A DNA stretch of 59,921 bases from a virus (IMGVR_UViG_3300047386_000320:1-59921); one strand, 5' to 3'; shown: positions 10,430 to 19,793, counted from the first letter of the stretch. The notes: a model not told the origin generated them from the letters alone. Numbers and translations: made by a program.

Positions 10430-10672
10430 GTCACAACGGTGTGACCGCGTCACACTCAACATTGAAGAAAAATAAATTAAGTAGAGATATCAAGTACTTA
10501 TACTTGAAGTATCATGTAAAGAAAAGAAAGCTAAATAGAACTTAAGTAATTGATATCTATAGAAAATGACGGCTTAAAGGTACAGAATCCCTCCTTCTCC
10601 GCCAATTATTTAAGTCTATGTTTTGGCTGTAGTTTTTAGTAAAATTTAAGCTTCAGTCACAGCATGGTCACA
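10430..10672. other. attP region (core 10585-10604 matches the 3' end of a tRNA-Ser-type gene)
   Basis: GAATCCCTCCTTCTCCGCCA core; GTCACA arm-type repeats at 10430, 10440 (inverted), 10449, 10656 and 10667; IHF consensus WATCAANNNNTTR at 10488-10500 and 10543-10555 (inverted); directly upstream of the integrase. Confidence 0.85.
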
Positions 10673-10676
10673 ATGA

Positions 10677-11675
10677 ATGGCAACCGTACGGAAGCGGAAC
10701 AGCAAGTACCAGGCACAGGTACGCGTCAAAGGATACCCACCCCAGTCAAAATCTTTCATGACTCAAGCAGCAGCGAAGGCTTGGGCTCGCAAAATAGAAA
10801 CGAGCATGGACAACGGATCGTGGATCGATACCCGTGAATCGTCGTCCGTGCTCATCGACCACATGATTGATGATCTAATCTTTAGCTATGAGCGACTAAA
10901 GCTGAGAGTGGCTGGGCCAAAACTTGGGCAACTTAACCAGATCAAAAACTATTTTACTGGCGTGTCTATTCACGATCTGACATTTGACGATGTCATAGAG
11001 TTTGCAGCACACCGTCGTGAAACAATTTGTGCCTCTACACTTCAGACCCAACTTTATTATTTCAAGCAAGCCATAGATAACAGCCGTGTAAAGACGCATG
11101 AGAAGGTTGTTGATCAGGCAATCGATGAGCTGCATAAAAAGAAAATAATTATGGGAAGCACGTACAGAGATCGACGGTTACAGGATTGGGAGTACGAGGC
11201 GTTAAAAGAGGCTGCTGGCACACACTGGATTGGATTGGCAATGGACATTGCTGTGGAATCTGGGATGCGACAGGGGGAGATACACCGTCTTAGGTGGTCA
11301 GATGTCGATGAACAACGGGGCGTTATCCATCTTTATCGTAAAGATAAGAAGGCAGAAGGTGGCCGTTCAAAGCAGAAAATACCACTTTTAAAGGGCGTGA
11401 GAGAGGTGCTCCTACGCGCACGAAATGAAAGTGAGCAGGGGGATAACCTATTTAAGGTACAGAGGGCAGCATCGATTTCTGACCGTTTTGCGCGTCTTAC
11501 AGCAAAAGTTGGTATCGATGATCTTCGCTTCCATGACCTCCGTCACGAAGCAATAAGCCGCATGTTTGAACGTGGCATGAAGGTGGAGCAAGTGCGTGTG
11601 GTATCTGGACATCGTTCATTAGATCAGCTCTCCAGGTATATTAACTTGCGTCCAGAAGATTTAGCCGATCACTAA
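10677..11675 (+). CDS. int: Tyrosine integrase
   Basis: ESGMRQGEI (R), FHDLRHEA (HxxR), SGH and C-terminal Y catalytic motifs; N-terminal arm-binding-like domain. Confidence 0.95.
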   Translation: MATVRKRNSKYQAQVRVKGYPPQSKSFMTQAAAKAWARKIETSMDNGSWIDTRESSSVLIDHMIDDLIFSYERLKLRVAGPKLGQLNQIKNYFTGVSIHDLTFDDVIEFAAHRRETICASTLQTQLYYFKQAIDNSRVKTHEKVVDQAIDELHKKKIIMGSTYRDRRLQDWEYEALKEAAGTHWIGLAMDIAVESGMRQGEIHRLRWSDVDEQRGVIHLYRKDKKAEGGRSKQKIPLLKGVREVLLRARNESEQGDNLFKVQRAASISDRFARLTAKVGIDDLRFHDLRHEAISRMFERGMKVEQVRVVSGHRSLDQLSRYINLRPEDLADH

Positions 11676-11853
11676 GATATTTGGCTACTTCTTGGGTTGG
11701 CAGCAAATACTTTTTGCCGCGTTTTACATGCGGTATGTCAAGCTCACCGCGATAAATTTGCTGATATACGCTTTGCTTTTTTATTTTGAATACCTCTGCG
11801 AGATCTTCTAAATCCATAAACAACCCGTACTTCTGTAACAGAAGGTCTTCCAT
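11641..11853 (-). CDS. xis: Excisionase-like HTH protein
   Basis: 70 aa winged-HTH pattern (MDLEDLAEVFKIKKQSVY...IPHVKRGKKYL); convergent with int. Confidence 0.75.
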   Translation of the reverse strand: MEDLLLQKYGLFMDLEDLAEVFKIKKQSVYQQIYRGELDIPHVKRGKKYLLPTQEVAKYLSDRLNLLDAS

Positions 11854-11972
11854 GACTTACCACCTTGGTTGGGTTCAGGTCGATAGTACTGGAGGTATTA
11901 TTTTAAGGGGTACTAAAGAGATAAGACGGGTAATAAACACGACGAATGCGACAAAAGTATCCCTGGAAGGGT

Positions 11973-12506
11973 CTATGCCTCCCAGTTCGTATCGCGTAGG
12001 GCTACGACAGCGTATTGTTTTGCAATTGAATTTTTTGGTGGCAGCTCTTCTGTCTTGAGTAGAAAAGCACGTTTTTCACCTTTCTTCTGTACGACCCACG
12101 TTGTTGCTCGAGGGTGTTCTTTTTCTGAAACACACAAAGCAAGACAGTGAAGTACTTCAAAATATACCCAGAACTCAGACGATTGTTTCTTGCTGTAGAA
12201 GCGGGTATTTGAGCGCTTATCAATATTACTAGCGTCGTACGAGACTTCGTAAACCTCTGTTGTAGGTAGGTAGGCTATAACATCTGGGTCAATTTCTTTT
12301 GGATCTACTCCCAAAAAATTAGCAAACTTAATGACAGCAGAAGGGCCCAACTCAGTGATGTTGTTGAGGTAGTGGGAAATTGCACCCTGTGACCAGCCGA
12401 GCTCTTTTGCAGCTTCGACCTGGGTAAATTTCATCTCGGCTTTTTTGGCGTCCCAGATCGCTCGTAAATTATTCACGGCTCTAGGTAACTCTGATACTTT
12501 TTTCAT
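11973..12506 (-). CDS. Lambda CI-like HTH repressor
   Basis: LRAIWDAKKAEMKFTQVEAAKELGWSQGAISHYLN...FANFLGVDPKEIDP matches the lambda CI N-domain pattern; no recognisable S24 catalytic motif in the C-terminus. Confidence 0.85.
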   Translation of the reverse strand: MKKVSELPRAVNNLRAIWDAKKAEMKFTQVEAAKELGWSQGAISHYLNNITELGPSAVIKFANFLGVDPKEIDPDVIAYLPTTEVYEVSYDASNIDKRSNTRFYSKKQSSEFWVYFEVLHCLALCVSEKEHPRATTWVVQKKGEKRAFLLKTEELPPKNSIAKQYAVVALRDTNWEA

Positions 12507-12900
12507 GTGAGTTTCTTCCTGAAACTGTATTTTCAATCCATGTAGCTACGTCTTTGCGCGGTACACATACTTCTAAATACTGTGATTTCGTTAGTTTTTG
12601 CTCGAAATTCTTAGTAATTATTAGCGCAGTATCCTCAATTCCTAATATTAGTGCAACAAATGTAGAACTTTTTATTCGTTCTAACCAAGCACTTTGTAAT
12701 TTTGACAGACTATGGCGCAGCACAGTGTCACCTCGTTTAGGTAGCGATTTGATGTATTTATATTCTACGAAAAGCACACCAGCGGGCCCGGCATACATGG
12801 CGTCGGGTACACCTCCCGTGTATGTATCGTGAATCTTCCAGCGATATACGTCGGGTGACAGCGCGTTATGTATAGATCTAACAAAGCTGTGCTCGTTCAT
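12481..12900 (-). CDS. VRR-NUC family nuclease
   Basis: E...GVPD...FVEYK...LSKLQxxW motif. Confidence 0.8.
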   Translation of the reverse strand: MNEHSFVRSIHNALSPDVYRWKIHDTYTGGVPDAMYAGPAGVLFVEYKYIKSLPKRGDTVLRHSLSKLQSAWLERIKSSTFVALILGIEDTALIITKNFEQKLTKSQYLEVCVPRKDVATWIENTVSGRNSHEKSIRVT

Positions 12901-12975
12901 AGAAATTTATGATCCGTTGTGGCTTACGGTGGATCAGTCCGTACTCTTTTCTACAAGCCGTCCTTGATATAGGAA

Positions 12976-13650
12976 CTAGTTACCCGAGTGCTGCTCGTAG
13001 AAACGCTCAGCAGCGTCGTAGTCTTCCTTCTGAGCCCAACCAACAAACTCAACATCGAGGTTCATAAAGGCGTTACCCATACGATTCTCAACAGCTTGTG
13101 ATCTCAGCTTCCAAAGGCCAGCGAAACGGTCGCCGCCTTTCATGCCGATCTGCGAGTTCCAGTTGCGTGAGATACGCAGCTTAGAAGACGCGAAGTCCAT
13201 GATGGCTGGTGAGGGTTCTAGTTCGCCAGTCTCAGGGTCTTTGATAAGCAAGAGGTGAGTGTGTGTTTCGACAATGTCGTAATCTTCTGGTTTATCCGTC
13301 GCATTGATAGCTTCTTGAGCTTCAACATGAGACGCATAGTTACCCAGGAGACCAGCGCCTGCTTCACGCTTGCGCCATACAACAAACTCGTTCTTAAAAG
13401 TAAGGCTAAGAACGTACATCTCTTCGCCGTATACGTGGTTGGTCAGAGTATTAATGAAGTCACCAGCCTCTGCACCTTTGATATAACCAGGTGAATGCTT
13501 GTCTACTTCGTCTGACATTTTTTGTAAAAGTTTAATACGTGGTATTGCGAGGTGCTGTCCCACGTTTTCGTTACCCCGACCCGTACCTTCAACTTTCTTA
13601 AGGTGGGCTGGCATTTTATCTTCGGCTAATGCTAACGCTTGGCTACTCAT
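12976..13650 (-). CDS. Probable ssDNA-binding protein
   Basis: IPRIKLLQKMSDEV...GAEAGDF N-terminus and position between helicase and nuclease, as in phage replication-module SSBs. Confidence 0.65.
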   Translation of the reverse strand: MSSQALALAEDKMPAHLKKVEGTGRGNENVGQHLAIPRIKLLQKMSDEVDKHSPGYIKGAEAGDFINTLTNHVYGEEMYVLSLTFKNEFVVWRKREAGAGLLGNYASHVEAQEAINATDKPEDYDIVETHTHLLLIKDPETGELEPSPAIMDFASSKLRISRNWNSQIGMKGGDRFAGLWKLRSQAVENRMGNAFMNLDVEFVGWAQKEDYDAAERFYEQHSGN

Positions 13651-13682
13651 CGTTCATCGTTCTCCGTTCATCGTTCATCGTT
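13648..13682 (-). repeat. Five tandem 7-mers (AACGATG x4, AACGGAG x1) covering the SSB ribosome-binding site and start codon
   Basis: + strand catcgtt-catcgtt-ctccgtt-catcgtt-catcgtt. Confidence 0.85.
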
Positions 13683-13685
13683 AAG

Positions 13686-14075
13686 TTAAAGTTTTCTAAA
13701 GTTGACGCGCCTTACAGTACGAGGTGATAAGCCGGGAACTGCTTCTCCCATCTTGAGCATCTCTTTGTAAGCAGTAGAGCTAACGCGTCGTTGTAGAAGA
13801 CTGAAGTCTCCAGTTGCGGTGACGTGGGTATACAACTCATCCCAGTCATCTACATTGGGTACTGTGTCTTCATTGATCGATACTGAAGCCGCATCATTCG
13901 CTGTGCGTGATACACCTTCGGCATCCATCTTCTTGAGGAGCAAGACATCTAAGTAATCAGACTCTGCTCGCAATTCTTTCAACTCTCTATTGAGCTGATC
14001 CATTTGGCCTTTGATGTCGGCCCGTTCATTGATGAGCTGGTTAACGCTCATAGTTTCTTTTTCAGCTACAGTCAT
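13686..14075 (-). CDS. Replication-module hypothetical protein (N-terminal coiled coil)
   Basis: Coupled to the helicase gene; VDDWDELY...LLQRRVS motif. Confidence 0.7.
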   Translation of the reverse strand: MTVAEKETMSVNQLINERADIKGQMDQLNRELKELRAESDYLDVLLLKKMDAEGVSRTANDAASVSINEDTVPNVDDWDELYTHVTATGDFSLLQRRVSSTAYKEMLKMGEAVPGLSPRTVRRVNFRKL

Positions 14076-15427
14076 GCTGTCCTCCGGTTGTCGTGTAGGT
14101 CTTTTAAAATCATCAATAGCTCATCCATCTTTCCTAGCTTGCCTTCTAGTTTTTGGTAGACATCCGGCTCCCAGGTATCCCGTGCTGCAATTTGGATAAC
14201 CTCGGTCTTGTCTGTTTGGCCTGCCCGATAGATGCGGCGATTGAACTGTTGGTAATGCTCGGCGTTGTATGTAGGTGACGCCCAGATAACTGTCTTGGCT
14301 TTAGTCATAGTCAGACCGTGGCCAGCAGATTGGGGGTGACAGAACACAACCTGTAGTTGTCCAGCCTGCAGCCGATCTACAATTTCTTTGCGCTTATGAG
14401 CTGGTACTGAACCATCAATAGTAGCGTGGCTAATATTTAGTTTGTCAGCTAACTCAGCCATGCGTTCGCGCTCGTGTCTCCAGTTGAATGCAACAAGAGA
14501 GTGAGAGCGCTGGGATACAAGCTGCATAACAAGGTCGTAACGCTCGCTGTGAATACCTTCTGCGTTACCGTGCTCGTCGTATATAGCACCTGTACATAGC
14601 TGTAAGAGCTTCTTAACTTTTGCACCAGCATGAATTGCATTGATTGTTTTAGTACCTGTGTAAAGCACATTGTCTTCACTTAGCATGTGGTACTGCTGCA
14701 TGATTTTTGGTGGCAGTGTTACCAGCATGGTGTTGACTGATTGCTCTGGCATATCAATACAATCAGCGAGTTCGTACCGGATGTTGATGTCGCTAAGTGC
14801 AGCGCCAACAATCTCCTGGGCTTCTGGCTTGTCACACCACTCGTTGGCAAACCCATTAAACCGTGATGTACACACATTGCTTCTGAAGGAATAGAAGCGC
14901 CTACCGAGCCGTTCACCGTCGTCTACAATTAGTGTCGGATGCCATATGTCACAAATAGTGTTGCTGTTTGGTGTGCCAGACATAGCGATACGGTTTTCGA
15001 AGTGTTCGGCGACTTTAAGCGCTGCTTTACTACGCTGACTGGCTTTGTTCTTAAAAGCAGTGAACTCATCTATAACTAACGTATTGAAGTCTGTCAGCAG
15101 CTCACGATGCTTTGCAATCCACTTAACTGCGTCGTGGTTGGTAATAACTACTTGAGCGTCGCTCTTGAATGCTTTCTCACGATTTTTTGCATACGCAACG
15201 GCGTACGTCAGATCTGGTGTGAACTTCTCGATGTCATCGCCCCAAGAACTCTCGAGGATGGACAACGGAGCTAGAACCAAGATCCGTGATTCGTGGTCAT
15301 TAATAGCGTCAAGTACGGAACGGGTCTTACCTGTTCCTGGATCTGATGTGATAAGGCAACGATTGTTGGCCTTAATAAAGTCAGTCGTGACTTGCTGATG
15401 TTCAAAAGGTTTATACATAGGCATCAC
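14072..15427 (-). CDS. SNF2-family helicase
   Basis: DPGTGKT, IDEF, MSGTP, SAGHGLT, QQFNRRIYRAGQ motifs. Confidence 0.92.
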   Translation of the reverse strand: MMPMYKPFEHQQVTTDFIKANNRCLITSDPGTGKTRSVLDAINDHESRILVLAPLSILESSWGDDIEKFTPDLTYAVAYAKNREKAFKSDAQVVITNHDAVKWIAKHRELLTDFNTLVIDEFTAFKNKASQRSKAALKVAEHFENRIAMSGTPNSNTICDIWHPTLIVDDGERLGRRFYSFRSNVCTSRFNGFANEWCDKPEAQEIVGAALSDINIRYELADCIDMPEQSVNTMLVTLPPKIMQQYHMLSEDNVLYTGTKTINAIHAGAKVKKLLQLCTGAIYDEHGNAEGIHSERYDLVMQLVSQRSHSLVAFNWRHERERMAELADKLNISHATIDGSVPAHKRKEIVDRLQAGQLQVVFCHPQSAGHGLTMTKAKTVIWASPTYNAEHYQQFNRRIYRAGQTDKTEVIQIAARDTWEPDVYQKLEGKLGKMDELLMILKDLHDNRRTA

Positions 15428-15443
15428 TCATTGATGGTTTATT

Positions 15444-15472
15444 ATATTAGCATAGCTAATATTAATGCTCAA
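15444..15472 (-). promoter_or_regulatory. Sigma70 promoter with perfect 19-bp palindrome ATATTAG-CATAG-CTAATAT
   Basis: Minus strand TTGAGC-17-TAATAT; palindrome at 15444-15462. Confidence 0.75.
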
Positions 15473-16154
15473 GAAAAACAACAGGATTGTCGCTAGCCCA
15501 GCAATAGCCACAGGTTGTGCAGCTTGCTGTTTTATCTAGCTGTTCAGGACAAACAATCCTGTCGGAATACTCTTTGTTTACATAAGTAACATGCGCGCTG
15601 AAGGATACAGATTCGTCATCTGAGAACCTGATACGAAAGCGCGTAGGGTGCATACGATTGATGTTTCCGATCATGCTACCTAACTGCGAGTTGTACCTGT
15701 GGTGGGTGTACCCAAACACATGTAAGTTTTCATACAGGTGTAGCCATAGCTGCCACTGCACTGCATACAATCCATCGTAAAAGTCACCAAGTACATGTAG
15801 TCGCACAACAAATCCTTCTGGGTGTTTTCGATTAAGTTCTTCGAGCTGCTTTTCTAGCATGGGTTTGAAGTCAGAATGTGTGTGGTCAAACCTATGGGCG
15901 AACGGCATGTTGTCGCCGTAGCAGTTGTCCCATTGCTCACAGTCAGAGGGGCACGTAGCGCGCTCTTCTAACGTCAGTGAGTACATGGTCATACCCTTCC
16001 ACATCTTTACTTCTACTTTGTCACCCAGCTTTTTGTTTTGTTTTCCTCGTTTCAACATAGACAGGCTTGGGGCTTTTACGCCTTTTTTGTAGCGAGTCGT
16101 TGCTGGACGGAGATTTTTTGCTGGGATTAGATTCACGTTCAATGATGTCATCAA
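15462..16154 (-). CDS. Gp88-like Cys-rich (radical-SAM-related) protein
   Basis: ATCPSDCEQWDNCY, VRLHVLGDFY, GYTH, VCPEQ...SCTTCGYCW. Confidence 0.7.
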   Translation of the reverse strand: MMTSLNVNLIPAKNLRPATTRYKKGVKAPSLSMLKRGKQNKKLGDKVEVKMWKGMTMYSLTLEERATCPSDCEQWDNCYGDNMPFAHRFDHTHSDFKPMLEKQLEELNRKHPEGFVVRLHVLGDFYDGLYAVQWQLWLHLYENLHVFGYTHHRYNSQLGSMIGNINRMHPTRFRIRFSDDESVSFSAHVTYVNKEYSDRIVCPEQLDKTASCTTCGYCWASDNPVVFLEH

Positions 16155-16317
16155 ATATCTCCTGTCTTATTTGGGTGGCTGTTGATCGATCAAGGTTAGT
16201 TAGGATCTTGATCTCTGATTTCTTCAAACGGTACGTCGTCCAGTACAACGCTTCCGGTGGATCGGTCTTGATCGTGTATTCGACCGTCGTTCCGTTTGTC
16301 CGGTGGTACATCTGCAT
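16021..16317 (-). CDS. Hypothetical protein
   Basis: AAGGAG SD upstream; overlaps the gp88-like gene. Confidence 0.5.
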   Translation of the reverse strand: MQMYHRTNGTTVEYTIKTDPPEALYWTTYRLKKSEIKILTNLDRSTATQIRQEIFDDIIERESNPSKKSPSSNDSLQKRRKSPKPVYVETRKTKQKAG

Positions 16318-16413
16318 CGCGTAGCTCCTTTAGAAACGTGACTAGTTGAAATAACGTGATAAGTCTCACGAGTGCTGAAAACATATAAAGTCCCTTACTT
16401 TTGTTGTGTGCAT

Positions 16414-16437
16414 AAAAAAGCCCCTCCGAAGAGGGGC
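16414..16437 (-). terminator. Intrinsic terminator
   Basis: GCCCCT-CTTCGG-AGGGGC followed by TTTTTT on the minus strand. Confidence 0.9.
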
Positions 16438-16478
16438 AACTACGAAAACTCTCAATAGAGAGAGCAGGGGAGGAAAAC

Positions 16479-17228
16479 TTACTCGACGCCCCAGTGGCAC
16501 TCGGGGTGCTCACCTTTGCGATATGAACACCAGCGGCAACTGTCTTTGCTAGGCGTTGGATCAAACTCAACTGCGGTAGTCATGATGATTGCGCGTCTGT
16601 GCCACCCTGGAGCGAATTGCATTGCCTGCTCTCGGGTGTAATTCTTTTTGGTCGTTTCACCTTTATCCAAATACCAGAACTCAACTTGCACGAACTCTAG
16701 GTGTGGATATCGGAAGAACGTACCGATTGCATATAACAGGCCTTGTTGGCTGTGAGATATCTCGTTGCCAAACTTCTTACCTGTTTTGTAGTCAATGACT
16801 CGTGCACTCTGTTCGTCTTCATGAACAAGTGCATCGAGTTTGATACGAGCCCACGTGGCTTTCTCCATCCAGCCGACTGGTCTCCAATCAAGGTCATAAC
16901 CCCATTCGCCCTCGAGCTCGACTTTAGCGTTTTCATACATAGCTCGAAGAGATTCGAATTCAGGTTTGAACTTTTTAAGAGAGTCGGGGAATTCACCAAT
17001 AGTGCCATCAACATACTGTTCGGCTTCTTCGTGAATCAGAGTTCCGCGTTCTGCAGCGGGGCCCGAAGGTTCGTGTATCTTTTTAACCTTAGCGATGTAG
17101 CTGCGGTAAGGGCATTCTTCGTAAACTTTGAGAGCAGAGTAAGACCAAGAGCGTAACTGTCCTAGCTCTGCTGGCTTTTCAAGAGGCTTGAGAGTGTCTG
17201 GCCTCGTATCCTGAGTTAGCTGAACCAT
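16479..17228 (-). CDS. Cas4/AddB-like PD-(D/E)XK exonuclease
   Basis: WSYS...ECP, RGTLIHE, LD...IDYKTG, C-terminal CRWC...C (Fe-S ligands). Confidence 0.88.
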   Translation of the reverse strand: MVQLTQDTRPDTLKPLEKPAELGQLRSWSYSALKVYEECPYRSYIAKVKKIHEPSGPAAERGTLIHEEAEQYVDGTIGEFPDSLKKFKPEFESLRAMYENAKVELEGEWGYDLDWRPVGWMEKATWARIKLDALVHEDEQSARVIDYKTGKKFGNEISHSQQGLLYAIGTFFRYPHLEFVQVEFWYLDKGETTKKNYTREQAMQFAPGWHRRAIIMTTAVEFDPTPSKDSCRWCSYRKGEHPECHWGVE

Positions 17229-17260
17229 CCTATTCCCTAGTCATGTAGTAATATATAGAA

Positions 17261-17279
17261 ATAATACTATAGCTAATAT
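17261..17279. promoter_or_regulatory. Degenerate 19-bp operator copy (ATAATAC-TATAG-CTAATAT)
   Basis: Intergenic, upstream of the exonuclease gene. Confidence 0.65.
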
Positions 17280-19793
17280 TTAGACTGTAAGCAACTTTTC
17301 ATCATGGTCAGTGAAGTACTGATCACGTAGTCGCTTGAGTTCCATCTCATTTGAATCCCAGATGCTAACTACACCTCGAATTTGGTTTGAATTCTTACCT
17401 GTACCAAAAGGTCGTTTGCGTTCTGACTCGATACCATTACGGCTCATACGCTTAGTAAATTCACGCTGAGATAACCGTGGGTTTTGTTCGGTTTGTACAT
17501 GGAACACTGTACGTAGGTGCTCCATAGGTATAACTACATAGTCATAAGTTGCTTGTGCAATCCAGGACTTAACAAGTCGTTGTGCTGCTTCGATCTCATT
17601 AGCATGCAATACAGATGCAGTATTGATGTCGAGTATGTCTGCGAAATAACTGAGCTTGCCTTCTTTGAGTGCTTGGCAGAACTCCTCGAATACAGACATT
17701 GATACGTTACGCATCTGCTCTTTAGCTAAGTTGTTAATAGCAGTCTTGGCTAGATGTGAATCAACCTTGTAGGTCTGAAGCATGCCAGCAAAGTGATACA
17801 GCTCTTTTTCTAACTTACTTGAGTCAAGTTGCTTAGCGATGCCAGGGAATTTATCGAGCAGCTTTTCTTCTTGCTTGGGTGCGATGTTATAGCGTCGGTC
17901 ACCCACCTCGATGTTCACAGCATCTACACGGTTTGTTAGGAATAAATAATTGGTATAGCTCTCAACTTCTACCTGATTAGATCGCATACCACGGATAGTA
18001 ATTGTGGGCTCTGTAATCTGGTTTTTAAGTTTGTCAGCCATCTTGCCTGCACTTGATGAAGCAGAGGCCATGTGGAACTCATCAACTACCAGGAACAATG
18101 CGTCTCTCATGTAGAGATTGAATTGCTCTTCCATACTCTGAAGAAACTTCATAGGTACATGTGGCGTACCAAACAACCCACGCAAGATTCGTGAGTAGAA
18201 GATACCTTTACCAGTACCTTGTGTGCCTGTAAGCACCCAAGAGACTCCTGTTTTCTTACGTGTCTGATATATCGCAGCTAGCCAGTTGATGAAGCGTTCA
18301 TACTCTTCGTCACCATTGCCTAGTATGTGGTAGATAATTGTGTGAATCAGTGGGCATTTGTCCTTGATTCGTTGTCCGTGGCCCATTTCAAGTGGTGCAT
18401 CGGGCGTCTCGGCGTTACGCACGTAGTCGCTTCTTTGATACGTGTTGACATAGTAGGGCACTCTGCTGAAGTTCAATGCTTCATCATTAGATGTAGGATC
18501 AAAGACAACTCGACCATCAGGTATAAAGTCTGGTGGGACTTTACCGTGGTTCATAAAGAAGTCTTCAATATTGTTTTTGGCTACAGGCGTAAGCGGAAAC
18601 TCTTTATTGAACTGCTTAGTGTTAGGGTCATAAACACCGTTAAAGAAGGTATCGGTTGAGTAGTCCCGCAGCACAATTGGTTTGCATGCCTGTCCAACTT
18701 CTTCAAGTCGCTCTTCGTAGCGGTCAAAGATAGATATAAAGAACTCTTTGTCAGCTTTCTCAATCTCAAAGATTGGTTCGTCTTTGAAGTTGTGCATATA
18801 AGTAGGCTTACTCATATTGAAGAAATAAGCACCTGAGTCGCCGCCGTTGATGTTGCATCTTATGTAAGGGAAAGAAGATTCATCAACGATAGAGATAGCC
18901 ATCTTGTCTGGGTTCACAAGTACTTCTTCGGCATGGTTATCAATAGTGGCGATACGAATTTTAGTAGTGCGTTTACTGAAGCCTGCAGCATCACGAAGTT
19001 TGTCTTTAAACTTTTGTGCTTTCTCATGGCAACGCTGAGGGCTAATGTCCCCCATAAGTGCAGCTAAGTCGAAAGCAGGCTGGCCTCTGTCAACGCGTAC
19101 AATTCTGTCGTCGTCTGACTCGAAAGGATTAGATCGCACGTGACTGAACGTCGGGGGTGCAATAAAGATAATCTTTGAGTTGTCAGCTACTGAAGTATCG
19201 ATTGGATACTTGAGTGACTGGCCATTTACAGACAGCTCCATTTGTTCTGAGAAGATATCCGATTCGAAGTTACAGTCTTGCAGCCACAGTTTGATTGATT
19301 TAGCTGGCATTGCGACTGACAAGAACATAAAGATATGCATCGAAACCTTGTCGCCTTTAAGACCTAAGCTAGTAGATGCTTGAGTGATGTAGCTCACATC
19401 TCTTAGTTCAACAGGTAATTCGGCAATGACTTGGTTTGCTAAGAATGTAACGTCTGTAGACGTAAGCTTGTTCGTTGCAGTGACTTGCTTGGGTAGTTTC
19501 ACTCCATCCACATCAAGCACAAGCAGATTGGTCAGTTCGGTGCGGTTTGCATGTCCCGCTCTAGACTCATCAATCAGATCGCGCTTGAGGTTACCTTTTA
19601 ATAAGCAGTGTCCTTTTTCACCGTGCTCTCGTATTAGGGTTTCAAAGTCTTCTAACCCTTGTTGATCTACGGTAAGGATATGCTTGTGTGAGGTAACTGA
19701 TTTTACGTGGGGATAGGGTGTAAACCCATTAGTCTTACAATGATGCTTACTTAGACGCAGACCATTTGTGGCCTCAAGGAAAGTAACGCGCAT
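17280..19793 (-). CDS. Primase-helicase (prim-pol-like N-terminus plus SF3/DUF5906 helicase)
   Basis: LVLDVDG and H motifs near the N-terminus; GTQGTGKG Walker A, VVDE Walker B, LFLTN...DRRY. Confidence 0.88.
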   Translation of the reverse strand: MRVTFLEATNGLRLSKHHCKTNGFTPYPHVKSVTSHKHILTVDQQGLEDFETLIREHGEKGHCLLKGNLKRDLIDESRAGHANRTELTNLLVLDVDGVKLPKQVTATNKLTSTDVTFLANQVIAELPVELRDVSYITQASTSLGLKGDKVSMHIFMFLSVAMPAKSIKLWLQDCNFESDIFSEQMELSVNGQSLKYPIDTSVADNSKIIFIAPPTFSHVRSNPFESDDDRIVRVDRGQPAFDLAALMGDISPQRCHEKAQKFKDKLRDAAGFSKRTTKIRIATIDNHAEEVLVNPDKMAISIVDESSFPYIRCNINGGDSGAYFFNMSKPTYMHNFKDEPIFEIEKADKEFFISIFDRYEERLEEVGQACKPIVLRDYSTDTFFNGVYDPNTKQFNKEFPLTPVAKNNIEDFFMNHGKVPPDFIPDGRVVFDPTSNDEALNFSRVPYYVNTYQRSDYVRNAETPDAPLEMGHGQRIKDKCPLIHTIIYHILGNGDEEYERFINWLAAIYQTRKKTGVSWVLTGTQGTGKGIFYSRILRGLFGTPHVPMKFLQSMEEQFNLYMRDALFLVVDEFHMASASSSAGKMADKLKNQITEPTITIRGMRSNQVEVESYTNYLFLTNRVDAVNIEVGDRRYNIAPKQEEKLLDKFPGIAKQLDSSKLEKELYHFAGMLQTYKVDSHLAKTAINNLAKEQMRNVSMSVFEEFCQALKEGKLSYFADILDINTASVLHANEIEAAQRLVKSWIAQATYDYVVIPMEHLRTVFHVQTEQNPRLSQREFTKRMSRNGIESERKRPFGTGKNSNQIRGVVSIWDSNEMELKRLRDQYFTDHDEKLLTV

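Noticed and set aside
10585-10604. tRNA gene
   Set aside because: Only the 3' 20 nt are present and no cloverleaf forms upstream; interpreted as the attP core
16479-17228. CRISPR-Cas system (cas4)
   Set aside because: Stand-alone phage Cas4-like exonuclease; no cas1/cas2 and no repeat-spacer array in the window
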